Assembly (NCBI GenBank): GCA_038279365.1
Contig: JAYODI010000066.1
Location: forward strand, 1 to 34,921
Origin: Candidatus Latescibacterota bacterium
GTDB lineage: Bacteria; Latescibacterota; UBA2968
DNA: 34,921 bases
Reading direction: 5' to 3'
In this document: piece by piece, positions 16,769 through 25,950 of the stretch
Layout of the letters: each line of letters opens with the position of its first letter
Position numbering within the stretch: the stretch's first letter is position 1
Program-made: the position numbers and the translations under genes
The notes under the pieces: generated by a model
What the model was told of the DNA's origin: nothing
Database searches by the model: none
The model's input: the letters and a program-made list of their open reading frames with translations, nothing else

Positions 16769-18553
16769 ATGGATCAGGCAACTTATAACAAAGGTGTGGA
16801 CGCCCGAGCACGCGAAGTGTTGGAGGCGATGGCCAAGCGCGGTGCAAATTCGCCTTGGGCCGCTCATGCCATTTTTGCAACGGGTGCAGATCGCAGTGAT
16901 GTTCATGAAACAATGAAACGTTCTTTGGGTGATTTTACGTTGGGATTGACAGGCGCAGGGCCTTTTCAAATTTTGCCAGCCATGTTGTTGTTGTGTCGTT
17001 GGGAAAGTGAACTAAAGGCCGAAACGGTCGATTTGATTCGCCAATTTTTTACCGAAGGCATTTTGGAACGTGGCAATACCGAAAATCATTGGATGATGTT
17101 TTATGCCGGTACATTGTTGGCAGCAGAGCGTTTTGCAGATGAACCCGTTTTTTGGAATGGGCGCTCGCCTGCGTCGGTAAAGGCGGAAGCCACGCGGTGG
17201 ATTTTGGGCACGATTGAGCGCACCGCGCGCATTGGGCATCATGAATATGATTCACCCGGCTATCACGCGGAGCATTTTACGCCATTGGTGGGGCTTTATG
17301 AACACGCGCAGGATGATTATTTAAAAGCGCAAGTGGAGAAGGTGCTCACATTGTTGGTGGCCGATATGGCGTTGGAATATTACAAAGGGTCTTGGGCGGG
17401 TAGTCACAGCCGAGAAGGGTATCGGCAAAATACGTGGACACACGTGGGGCCGATTCAGACGGTACAATATATGTATTTTGGCGGTGAGGCGTTTGATGAA
17501 ACGCGTCATTTGCAGGGGTTTTCAATTCCTGTGGCGGCCGCTGGATATCGACCACCGGCTTTGTTTGCTCAAATGGCGTGGGATCGTTCAAAACCCCACG
17601 CAGTTAAAAAAACCAAAGCGTCACGTACTATTTTTCGCCACGTGGATCGAGAAACAGAACCTGTGCGTAAGTATACATATATGAGTACGTCATTTGCGTT
17701 GGGGTCTGCACAACTTGGGTTGACGGCACCTGCTGGGCCCATTGATTTGGTGTCGTGGGATTTGACGTGGCATGGTGACAAACATCAGGCCAAAATTGGA
17801 TGCAATCATCCGTATGTGGACGGCGGTCGATTTAGTGGTTTTTTAAATCCGTTGCCACAAGAAGCCCGTCGCTCTGTAGGGGGAGGTAAGCCCTATTTGC
17901 AACGGCCCGATCGTTTGTTTGGCGCTTCGCCGTTTGAGCAAATGATGCAACACGAAACAACGGTCATTGTGTTGTATCAAATTCCTGAAGATGATGACAA
18001 TCCATTTGTGAATTTATATTTGCCCAAATCAGTGGACTGGGTGTCACAAGATGGGTGGTTATTTGGCCATTTGGATGGCTTTTATGTGGCGTTGCGGCCC
18101 ATTGGTGAATATACGTGGGAGCAGATTGTTGAATCGGCCAATGACAGCATTATGGTGAGTGAAGGTGGGTTGATTGACAATTGGTTGCTGCGTATTGAAG
18201 ATGTAAAGGCAGGTTTGGTGTTGGAGGCGGTTGAGGCCGTTGATGCCGGTGCTTTTGAAGCTTTTTGTGATCGCCGTGCAGAACTGGATTTGGATTTGTC
18301 GGACTGGCCAGTGAACAATAAGGTGTGTGTTGAAACCTTTTCGGGGGCGCAGATGGAAATGGTTTATGATGGGGCGCACAAGGTGAACGGTGAAGCCATT
18401 GATTATTCGGCTTGGCCATTGTTTGGTGCACCAGGTGCCCAAGGCGAGCTGAACACGGGCAAAGTGGTGTTTCGATATGGTGAAGATGAAATTAGCGTGG
18501 ATTTTGAAATTGATCCCACAAAACCGATGATTCCTATGCGTGTGATTGGATAA
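16769..18553 (+). CDS. Conserved hypothetical protein, lyase-like alpha/alpha-toroid plus beta-sandwich
   Basis: 594 aa ORF with GGAGG RBS; GNTENH, GHHEYDSPGY and WAGSHSR motifs resemble heparinase II/III-like hypotheticals. Confidence 0.55.
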   Translation: MDQATYNKGVDARAREVLEAMAKRGANSPWAAHAIFATGADRSDVHETMKRSLGDFTLGLTGAGPFQILPAMLLLCRWESELKAETVDLIRQFFTEGILERGNTENHWMMFYAGTLLAAERFADEPVFWNGRSPASVKAEATRWILGTIERTARIGHHEYDSPGYHAEHFTPLVGLYEHAQDDYLKAQVEKVLTLLVADMALEYYKGSWAGSHSREGYRQNTWTHVGPIQTVQYMYFGGEAFDETRHLQGFSIPVAAAGYRPPALFAQMAWDRSKPHAVKKTKASRTIFRHVDRETEPVRKYTYMSTSFALGSAQLGLTAPAGPIDLVSWDLTWHGDKHQAKIGCNHPYVDGGRFSGFLNPLPQEARRSVGGGKPYLQRPDRLFGASPFEQMMQHETTVIVLYQIPEDDDNPFVNLYLPKSVDWVSQDGWLFGHLDGFYVALRPIGEYTWEQIVESANDSIMVSEGGLIDNWLLRIEDVKAGLVLEAVEAVDAGAFEAFCDRRAELDLDLSDWPVNNKVCVETFSGAQMEMVYDGAHKVNGEAIDYSAWPLFGAPGAQGELNTGKVVFRYGEDEISVDFEIDPTKPMIPMRVIG

Positions 18554-18578
18554 CAGGATCGAAATTTGTTGATTTAAG

Positions 18579-18607
18579 AGAGGCGATATGTGTCGCCTCT
18601 TTTTTTT
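18579..18607 (+). terminator. Rho-independent terminator
   Basis: AGAGGCGA-tatgtg-TCGCCTCT followed by a T run, between convergent genes. Confidence 0.85.
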
Positions 18608-18678
18608 ATAAATTTATGTTTTTGTAAGCGGTTTTTGTCAATTTTACGGCTCTGACACTGCAGTATGTGTGTGGGCTG

Positions 18679-20277
18679 TTATTGAGACAATCTTTTTATA
18701 TCGCGCTGAATGGTCGGAGCATTGGGGTGGTCGGGCTGAAGGCGAAGCACGGTTTTAAGATGTTGAACGGCTTTGGCATATTCGTTTTGATCGATGTAGA
18801 GATAGGCCAAGTTGTAATGCGCTTCGGTTTCGACAATGCTGATTTCGATGGCTTTTTGGTAGGCGGCAATGGCTTTTTGTATTTCGTTTTTTTGTTTATA
18901 AATATTGCCCAATTGGATGTGTGGCCTGGCATCATCTATGGTAAGTTCGGCATATTTCTCTAAAGTTGCCTGCGCGGTCTCTGTGTGTCCTTGGGCCAGT
19001 TGGCTGAGGCCCAAATGATAGCGGGGAATCAGATAGTTGGGTTCTTTTTCAATGGCCATTTTAAATTGCACTTCGGCATCTGGATAACGTTGGAGCAAAT
19101 AAAGGATTTCGCCCAAACGAAAGTAAACACGATTGAATTGTGTTTGATATTGTGCAGCACGTTCTAAATGATAAACGGCTTTTTCGTGTTGACCTTTTCG
19201 GTGATAAATGAGACCCAATTTGAAGTGGGCATCGGCCAAGGTTGAATCGCGTTCTAAGGCTTGTTCAAAGTAGTTTGTGGCTTCCGTATAACGAGAGAGT
19301 TCATCATACACATTGCCCAATTCATAATAGCCTGTGGGATCGTCGGGGGCCATTTTAATCATGTCTTCAAGAGGTGCGGTTAGCGATTCAAAGGTTTGTG
19401 CATATTGATTAAAAAAGAGCTGAGAGATGGCTGATTGGATATCGGGATTGAGTGGAGACTGGCGTAAGGTCTGTTCCAGTTCGCTCAGCGCCTCGGAAGA
19501 ACGACCTTGTTTTTTAAAGAGCATGGCCAAGTGAAAACGGGCCATCACATGCTCAAAGTCGAGGGTTAGCGCTTTGCGATAAGTGGCTTCAGCCTCGGCC
19601 ATCTTTTCTCGCAGTTCGTAAATGCGCCCCAGGTAATACATCGCGTGCGCATTTTTTTCATCTTGTGATATTGCGCGTTTAAAACTGGTTTCTGATTGTG
19701 CCAGCAAGGTTGTGTTTGTTGCTGTGGTTTCTGTCGATTGACGGAAAATTCGGACGGCATTGATGGTGGTGCGATAGGTGTCAAAGTTGGCCGATATGGG
19801 GTGTTTTATGGCTGTTTCCTGTCGGGATTCAAGGGGAACGGCAAGGTCTTTAACGAGGGTTGTTACAATGTCTGAAATGGCTTCTTGAGGGTGTTGGGTT
19901 GGGGTTTTGGTGATCACTGTTTTACGCACTTTGCCATTGGATGCTTCGACAATATCGGTGTGTACGGTGAGTTGATTTTTGGCCAGTGTGTACCAACCTT
20001 GAATGGCAATGTGAATATTTTTTTCGTTCACGCGTTTGGCATTGCCAACGGCTGTTTTCCAATCTTTGCCAAAGACGGTTTCGTCTGTGATGTGAATTTG
20101 TGGCACCTTGTAAAGGGCGACCACCACCGACTCAGAAATACCACGGGCATACCATTCTTGTTGTGGATCGCCCGTTCTGTTTTCAAAAGGCAAAATAACA
20201 ACTTGCCATTGGGCCAAGGCTGGGGTAGATAGACTAATAAAAAAAAGAGTAAAAAATAAAAAATGTCGGATCATCAT
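18679..20277 (-). CDS. Secreted TPR protein with N-terminal TolB-N/FlgO-like domain
   Basis: Signal peptide ending PALA-Q; VVILPFENRTGDPQQEWYARGISE; about ten TPR-like units. Confidence 0.8.
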   Translation of the reverse strand: MMIRHFLFFTLFFISLSTPALAQWQVVILPFENRTGDPQQEWYARGISESVVVALYKVPQIHITDETVFGKDWKTAVGNAKRVNEKNIHIAIQGWYTLAKNQLTVHTDIVEASNGKVRKTVITKTPTQHPQEAISDIVTTLVKDLAVPLESRQETAIKHPISANFDTYRTTINAVRIFRQSTETTATNTTLLAQSETSFKRAISQDEKNAHAMYYLGRIYELREKMAEAEATYRKALTLDFEHVMARFHLAMLFKKQGRSSEALSELEQTLRQSPLNPDIQSAISQLFFNQYAQTFESLTAPLEDMIKMAPDDPTGYYELGNVYDELSRYTEATNYFEQALERDSTLADAHFKLGLIYHRKGQHEKAVYHLERAAQYQTQFNRVYFRLGEILYLLQRYPDAEVQFKMAIEKEPNYLIPRYHLGLSQLAQGHTETAQATLEKYAELTIDDARPHIQLGNIYKQKNEIQKAIAAYQKAIEISIVETEAHYNLAYLYIDQNEYAKAVQHLKTVLRLQPDHPNAPTIQRDIKRLSQ

Positions 20278-20334
20278 GATTTTGGCTTTTTTTGCGTCAG
20301 GAGATGGATGGATATTTATGACTCTTGACAGGGT

Positions 20335-22125
20335 TTATGGTGATTGCAATAGGTTTTCATCGTCGTGTGTGACGTGTAGAAAAACGGTACACATTTCATC
20401 GGTTGATTCTTCTCCCCAACGCACGAGCTTGGGTGGGTTGTTGGGGTTGTTGGGGTTGCTGGCAGAGTTGTCATAATAGGCTTCGAGGGTGATGCGTGTG
20501 CCACGAGGCAGGGCTATGGGTTCTTTAAAGACATAGGTTTCTTGCCAGTTAAAGTCCCAGGGTTTAACCCATACCAAAGGTTTTTGTTCACCTGATGGAT
20601 AGGTGGCGGTTACTTTCATTTCGGTGCCCAGCAAGTGCATGTGTGGCAATATGCTGATGACGTGTTCGTCTTGTGCAATGGTGAGTGATCCGGTGACTTT
20701 GTGGTTTTTGACGCCGGGTGGAATGATGAGCAACCGACTGTTGATAATTTCTTCATACAGGCGTTTCTTTATGGGTTTTTTGGAAAAGTAAATGCCCAAT
20801 TGCGATTGGTCGTTTACGGCGCGACCAATTTTGTGATAATGGATTTGAAGCACAATGTCACTGCCAGCAGGCAAATGACGGCCCACACCTTCTGGCAAGA
20901 TAACGGGTGTGTTGCCCGGTGCCCAACCGCCTAAGGCTTCATATAAGGGTACACCAATGCCACCAAAACTGGGATATCCTACTTCGGGTGCCAAATCTTG
21001 TAGCATGCGGGCTTTGCCCGATACGTCTACATAAACGCTGACATGGTGCACCACTTCACGTTCGTCGGGTAAGAGTTCTATGGCGGAGACAAATTGGTCT
21101 TGGGTGAGGTTGGTGGGCAACACAAAACATCGGTATTCATCGCGACCAATGGCTTCTACAGGATAAGCGGATTCGGGCTTAAGGATGAGATCGGGTTCAC
21201 CCAGTGTCCAACTGTTGGGAAAGTGAATGGGCTTGGGTGCTTGTTCGGGTTTGCCTTCGGGCATACTGGCTTCAACCCACTTCCCAAAGGTGGCTATTTC
21301 TTTGTCTGACAAACGACGTGAATGTTTAAATTCGCCATAACCGGGTTGCACTTTCCAAGGTGGCATAATGCGCGTTTCAATGGAGTCGCGCATTTGATGT
21401 GCCCAAGCCAGTACTTCCATATAATCAAAAAATGCGGCCCGTCCTATACCTCCAGGGCGGTGACAGGTTTGACACCGTTTTTGCAAAAAAGGGACAATGT
21501 CGCGATAAAATGTGGGCGTATCTGCCGTGATGTGAGAGGGTGTTTGTGGTTGTCGTCTGATTTCACATCCAAAGCTGGGGATGTTGGTTTGGGCAATTTC
21601 TTTATTCGCAAGCAAGGCGTCTAAAGCATCCCAAAGCCCACGTGAAGTGGTGTTTTCGGCAACACCCCATCCATTGTCAATTTCTCCGCGGTATCTCAGG
21701 GTGTGGTTTTGGTCAAATAAAAAGGCTTGGGGGGTGTGTGTGGCACCCAATTGATCTGCCAAGCTGTTGTTGGGGTCGCGATAGATGGGAAAGGGGACGG
21801 GGTTGTTTTGGTAGTGTTTTTTAAGGGCATCATTGGTTTCATTAAAGTTGGCATTAATGGCTACAATGCGCACACCCTTTGGACCATAGGTGTTGTGGAT
21901 TTGGGTTTGATGAATGTGATATTTAAGTGAGGCGGGGCAAACGATGGAATTGAAGACGAGAATCAGCGCGCGGTCATAGGTGAGATCTGAAAGGGCAATG
22001 GGAGTGCCGTCTAAATGGGTGAGTGACACGGCGGTCAATTTGTCACCTATTTCTAACGGTGCGGCTTGCAATGAAGCATATGCAAGCGTGAGGAATGTTA
22101 AGAGCGCAAACAATCGGGTTGCCAT
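20335..22125 (-). CDS. Secreted redoxin (AhpC/TSA) + monohaem c + copper type II ascorbate-dependent monooxygenase-like fusion
   Basis: Signal peptide; CPAS redoxin motif, ATHTPQAF, YRGEIDN, FGCEI; CQTCH haem motif; Cu ligand motifs VVHH, IHYH, PHMH, DEMC. GGAGG RBS before ATG 22125. Confidence 0.87.
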   Translation of the reverse strand: MATRLFALLTFLTLAYASLQAAPLEIGDKLTAVSLTHLDGTPIALSDLTYDRALILVFNSIVCPASLKYHIHQTQIHNTYGPKGVRIVAINANFNETNDALKKHYQNNPVPFPIYRDPNNSLADQLGATHTPQAFLFDQNHTLRYRGEIDNGWGVAENTTSRGLWDALDALLANKEIAQTNIPSFGCEIRRQPQTPSHITADTPTFYRDIVPFLQKRCQTCHRPGGIGRAAFFDYMEVLAWAHQMRDSIETRIMPPWKVQPGYGEFKHSRRLSDKEIATFGKWVEASMPEGKPEQAPKPIHFPNSWTLGEPDLILKPESAYPVEAIGRDEYRCFVLPTNLTQDQFVSAIELLPDEREVVHHVSVYVDVSGKARMLQDLAPEVGYPSFGGIGVPLYEALGGWAPGNTPVILPEGVGRHLPAGSDIVLQIHYHKIGRAVNDQSQLGIYFSKKPIKKRLYEEIINSRLLIIPPGVKNHKVTGSLTIAQDEHVISILPHMHLLGTEMKVTATYPSGEQKPLVWVKPWDFNWQETYVFKEPIALPRGTRITLEAYYDNSASNPNNPNNPPKLVRWGEESTDEMCTVFLHVTHDDENLLQSP

Positions 22126-22140
22126 GAGCACCTCCAAGTT

Positions 22141-22857
22141 TTATGTGTTGCGCTTGCGAAGAAAGTCGATGAGAAAAGCCAAGGTAATGAGCCCCAAAAA
22201 AGCTGCGATGGAAACCACAATCCAATGACTTTCTTGGGGCAATCGCCAATATTGAACACCCACCAGAATGAGCGATGGCACAAAAAAGATAAGCGCCCCA
22301 AAGAGGGCATACGCTGCTTGATTGGCAGAGGGCAATGGGATTTCTGTGGGCTGAGATGTTTGGGGCGGGTTTTGTGTGGGTTGAATTTTGGGTGGGGTGG
22401 GGGCCATTTCTATGGGTTTGACATCGACTAGCATATTGATCACATCTTTGCGATATGCATTGTCGGCGGCATAATAGATGGTCCAAAATGCGTTAATTTC
22501 TTCGGCACCTACTTTGGTAAATTTTTTTTCGATATCTTGTTGTCTGTCTGCTGGCAGTGTTTCAACGGGATTGTCTTGGTTTTGTTTGAGGTCTTCTAAG
22601 ATTTGAGCCATGCTGGCGTCATAGCCATGGATCCAAGGAAAAGTGGCGTGTTGCAACAGTTTTTCATTTGGGTGTGCAGATGTAAATTCTTTGATATAAG
22701 CATCTGTGAGTTTTTTGCGCCCGATTTGTGGGCCTGCACCCGGAAAGTATTTGGCACGCAACTGATTGTTGTTTTTAAAGGGCAAATCGAGATGGTTGCG
22801 ATCTGCAATTTTTAGGATGCGTTGAAACGCTTCTGTGAGTGTTTTTCTGTCTGTCAT
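22141..22857 (-). CDS. Hypothetical protein with P/Q/T-rich linker and two C-terminal TM helices
   Basis: 238 aa ORF; linker PTPPKIQPTQNPPQTSQPT; two hydrophobic segments followed by RKR. Confidence 0.7.
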   Translation of the reverse strand: MTDRKTLTEAFQRILKIADRNHLDLPFKNNNQLRAKYFPGAGPQIGRKKLTDAYIKEFTSAHPNEKLLQHATFPWIHGYDASMAQILEDLKQNQDNPVETLPADRQQDIEKKFTKVGAEEINAFWTIYYAADNAYRKDVINMLVDVKPIEMAPTPPKIQPTQNPPQTSQPTEIPLPSANQAAYALFGALIFFVPSLILVGVQYWRLPQESHWIVVSIAAFLGLITLAFLIDFLRKRNT

Positions 22858-22938
22858 AAATTAAAGAGGTGGTAAGAGGTGGATATGAGTAAATGAATGT
22901 GCGTAAAATAAACCGCAAATATATCTGAAGAGCAATAA

Positions 22939-22976
22939 TAAAAAGGACGGGTATTCTCAAGGGAGAATACCCGTTT
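22939..22976 (-). terminator. Rho-independent terminator after the selenoprotein gene
   Basis: Perfect 12 bp stem ACGGGTATTCTC-aagg-GAGAATACCCGT (22947-22974), followed on the - strand by CCTTTTT. Confidence 0.85.
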
Positions 22977-23028
22977 CAGTTTTCATGTTTAAGCATACGG
23001 ATCAATTTTCACAATACACGTATATGGG

Positions 23029-24336
23029 TTAATTGACAGATTTTCCGAAAGACTGTGCAAATGCCAAAAAGTCTGGGAAATCAACCGTGCCATTGTCATT
23101 GAGATCGTATAGCGGGTCATTGGCACCAAAAGCACGGGCAAAGCCGAGAAAATCTGGAAAGTCGATGGTACCTGATCCGTCAAAATCGGCACGTGGGTTG
23201 GCAGGGATAAAGATTGCCGTACCTGATAAACTGATATTAAGTGTGCCTTTTGCTGGGTCATCTGAGACAATGTTGATGGTGCCAGATAATGTGCTTTCTG
23301 TTTTTGGGGTGTAGGTGATGGTGATGTCTTTAGATGCACCAGCTGCAACCGTAAATTGTTTGGTTGAAATGCTGATGTCGGTCAAGGTGGTGGTGACGTT
23401 AGACACATTCAAAACACCTGGCCCATCATTGCGAATGGTGATGGTTTTTTGTACAGATTTGTTGAGTTCTGTTTGACCAAAGCTGATGCTTTCTTGCCCC
23501 AAAACAATATTCGGTGAAACTTTGCCCTCTATGGTGAGTTGTAGAATGGGCATTTGCAACTTATCAACCGCTGGATTGTTGTGGTTGAGTTCAATGGTAC
23601 CCGAAAATGTGCCTGGTTGTGTGGGCGTCAAGATGATTTTGACTGTTTTGGTTTCGTTTTTAGCAACAGTAAATGTCGCAGGTTCAATGACCACATCTTT
23701 GGGTGCGGTATAGCCTGTTATTTCAAGTGGACCATCGCCTGTATTGGCAACATTGAGATTCACGGTTTTGGATTCTCCCGCGTTGGCTTTGGTGCCAAAA
23801 TAAACCTGACGCAGAGAGAGGGCAATGACGGGGTTTTGATTGAGCAAGGCATCAACCATTTGGTTGACTTTGTAATAATTGTCGGTACCAGCGGCGTTGA
23901 TCCAAAGGCGAACAACACGATCTTGATCCAGCACAACAATGTCTTCTAAGCGTGCACCGGCATAATCGGTGCCATTGGATGCTTGGCGAAGCATGGGTAC
24001 TGTTACACCTGTAAACTGACGATAAGATTCTGCCTGTATAGGTGTGCCATTATATGTGTCGAGAACCATAATTTGTACATTGCTTTTGCTGCTGTTGGGT
24101 TGCACAATACCCGATTGGAAGAAGGGGCCCGCCCCTTGACAAACTGCTCAGTTGTAGCCGACAAAAAAAAGTACCGATACTTTTCCGGCGGCATTTTTGG
24201 TGCCGTGAAATTTTCCTTCTGTGCTTTGCAATTCAAACTCAGGCATTTTTTCACCCACACGTGGTTGTGCATGTGCTTGTGTGGTCAGGCCGATGCAAGC
24301 AGCGGTGATGAGTGAAAGTAATATCCATCTTCTCAT
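23029..24336 (-). CDS. Secreted selenoprotein (435 aa): signal peptide + UxxC redoxin + two Ig-like (ASH/choice-of-anchor-D-like) domains + paired EF-hand/dockerin-like C-terminus
   Basis: ORFs 24148-24336 and 23029-24105 are in the same frame, separated only by TGA 24150-24148; read-through gives LFFVGYN-U-AVC-QGAGPFFQSGIVQPN. SECIS-like hairpin follows. GGAGG RBS before ATG 24336. Confidence 0.88.
24122..24137 (-). promoter_or_regulatory. Putative bacterial SECIS element
   Basis: mRNA UGA-GCAGUUUGUC-AAGGGG-CGGG-CCCCUU: a 6 bp stem starting 10 nt after the UGA with a G-rich apical loop. Confidence 0.7.
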
Positions 24337-24714
24337 GATAAAGCCTCCCCAGGTGGTCTTTTAATACGTGTGTTTTGCAAGCAATAACATTTGTTTTGAT
24401 GGCAACAAATCTACTAAATAATCATGATGTCTATCATAAAGACATCAGAGAAATAAACATGTCCAATAGGGTTTTGCAGGTGCTAAAGGGTTGTTTTTAT
24501 AGAAATATGATATTTAAAGATACATTCCTAATGGTATCTCATGCAAATATCGTTCTCAATGCGCATAAAAATAAAAAATCATGTCTTTCGGTTTTCAAAA
24601 TGGCACCAGGCTTTGGGCTTGATTTCGGTGATCTGATTCTCTACATTGTATTACCCAATCCCAGCGTTACTACAACGCTTGAACCGCTATTTCTGTTCCA
24701 TTTGTGAATAATCT

Positions 24715-25950
24715 ATGTCATTATCCCCCAATCATTTTGATGCACTGATGCAACGTGCCATCACCTTGCGCGACACGGGTCACTTTGAGGCAGCATTGGC
24801 CGATTTTAATCAGGCCATTGCATCTGATGGTCACCAAGCTGAGGCATTTGTGCATCGGGGCATTGCATATGGGCAGATGGGGCGTTTCGATGCGGCATTG
24901 GCCGATTTGAATCGCGCAGTGACTCTTGCCCCCGAAAATGTGTGGGTATGGATGCATCGGGCGATTGCTTGTGGTTTGATGGGTCACTTTGATGAGGCCA
25001 TCAACAGCTTTAACCAGGCTCTTGTTTTAGACCCCAACGATACACAGGTGTTGGCCAGTCGGGGTGAAACGTTGCGGGAAATGAGACGTTATGACGAGGC
25101 CTTGGTAGACTTTAACCGTGTGATTGCGTTGGATAATGGGTATTTGGGTGCGTGGATCAACCGAGGGCATACATATATTCAATTGGGCCAATTGGATGAT
25201 GCGTTGGCTGATTTTCAATATGTTTTACAAGTGTCAGAAGGGCATCCCAATGCTTTGTTGGGGCAAGGTGAAGTTTGTCGTCGTCAAGGGCGTTTCGATG
25301 AGGCACGGGTGGCTTTTTCAAATGTTTTGAAACGCGTGCCCGAACATGTTGGCGCGCTCATTGGGCGGGGAGAGACGCATCGACAAATGGGACAACATCA
25401 AGCCGCTTTAGCCGATTTTGATCAGGTTTTGGCATTGCAGCCCAACCGGATTGATGCGTTGGCGGGGCGGGGCACAACGGTTGCCGAATTGGGCCGGTTT
25501 GATGAGGCCATTGCCAACTTTAAACGTGCAGCAGAGCTGGCCCCCCAAGATGGGGATGTGTGGGCTGGATTAGGCGATGTTTTGCGGCAAGCTGGGCGCT
25601 TGCATGAGGCTGTCACGGCATTTTCTCGTGCGTTGGCGTTAATGCCCAATAATTTTTGGGCATTATTAGGGCGTGGGGTTTCTTTGAGAATGGATCATGA
25701 CTTAGAAGCGGCCCTGGATGATTTTGAAGCGGCATTAAAATTGAATGACCGCGATGCTTGGGTGTGGACACACAAAGGTGAAACCTTGCGCCAGTTAGGG
25801 CGTTATGACGCGGCTGTTGCCGATTTTACAAAGGCATTGGCTTTGGACAATGATTTTGTTTGGGCATTGGAATGTCGCAGTGAAAGTTATCGTCAAATGG
25901 GGCGTTTTGTTGAGGCGCTTGACGATATGAATCGGGTGAAGGCACTATGA
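24715..25950 (+). CDS. All-TPR protein (~12 repeats)
   Basis: Regular 34 aa units (A...RG......G..D.A.ADF..A..L.P); ATGA overlap with the YcaO gene. Confidence 0.92.
   Translation: MSLSPNHFDALMQRAITLRDTGHFEAALADFNQAIASDGHQAEAFVHRGIAYGQMGRFDAALADLNRAVTLAPENVWVWMHRAIACGLMGHFDEAINSFNQALVLDPNDTQVLASRGETLREMRRYDEALVDFNRVIALDNGYLGAWINRGHTYIQLGQLDDALADFQYVLQVSEGHPNALLGQGEVCRRQGRFDEARVAFSNVLKRVPEHVGALIGRGETHRQMGQHQAALADFDQVLALQPNRIDALAGRGTTVAELGRFDEAIANFKRAAELAPQDGDVWAGLGDVLRQAGRLHEAVTAFSRALALMPNNFWALLGRGVSLRMDHDLEAALDDFEAALKLNDRDAWVWTHKGETLRQLGRYDAAVADFTKALALDNDFVWALECRSESYRQMGRFVEALDDMNRVKAL

Noticed and set aside
23029-24336. Pseudogene with a nonsense mutation
   Set aside because: The stop is TGA exactly at the redox Cys position, followed by a SECIS-like hairpin, and both halves are otherwise intact; selenocysteine is the simpler explanation.
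24601-24617. Sigma-54 promoter upstream of the TPR-YcaO operon
   Set aside because: TGGCAC is present but the -12 TTGC is absent at the required spacing (TGGCACCAGGCTTTGG).
24375-24707. 110 aa ORF as the YcaO precursor peptide
   Set aside because: TTG start with no SD, AT-rich, fills the divergent promoter gap, and shows no leader/core pattern or Cys/Ser/Thr/Gly-rich core.
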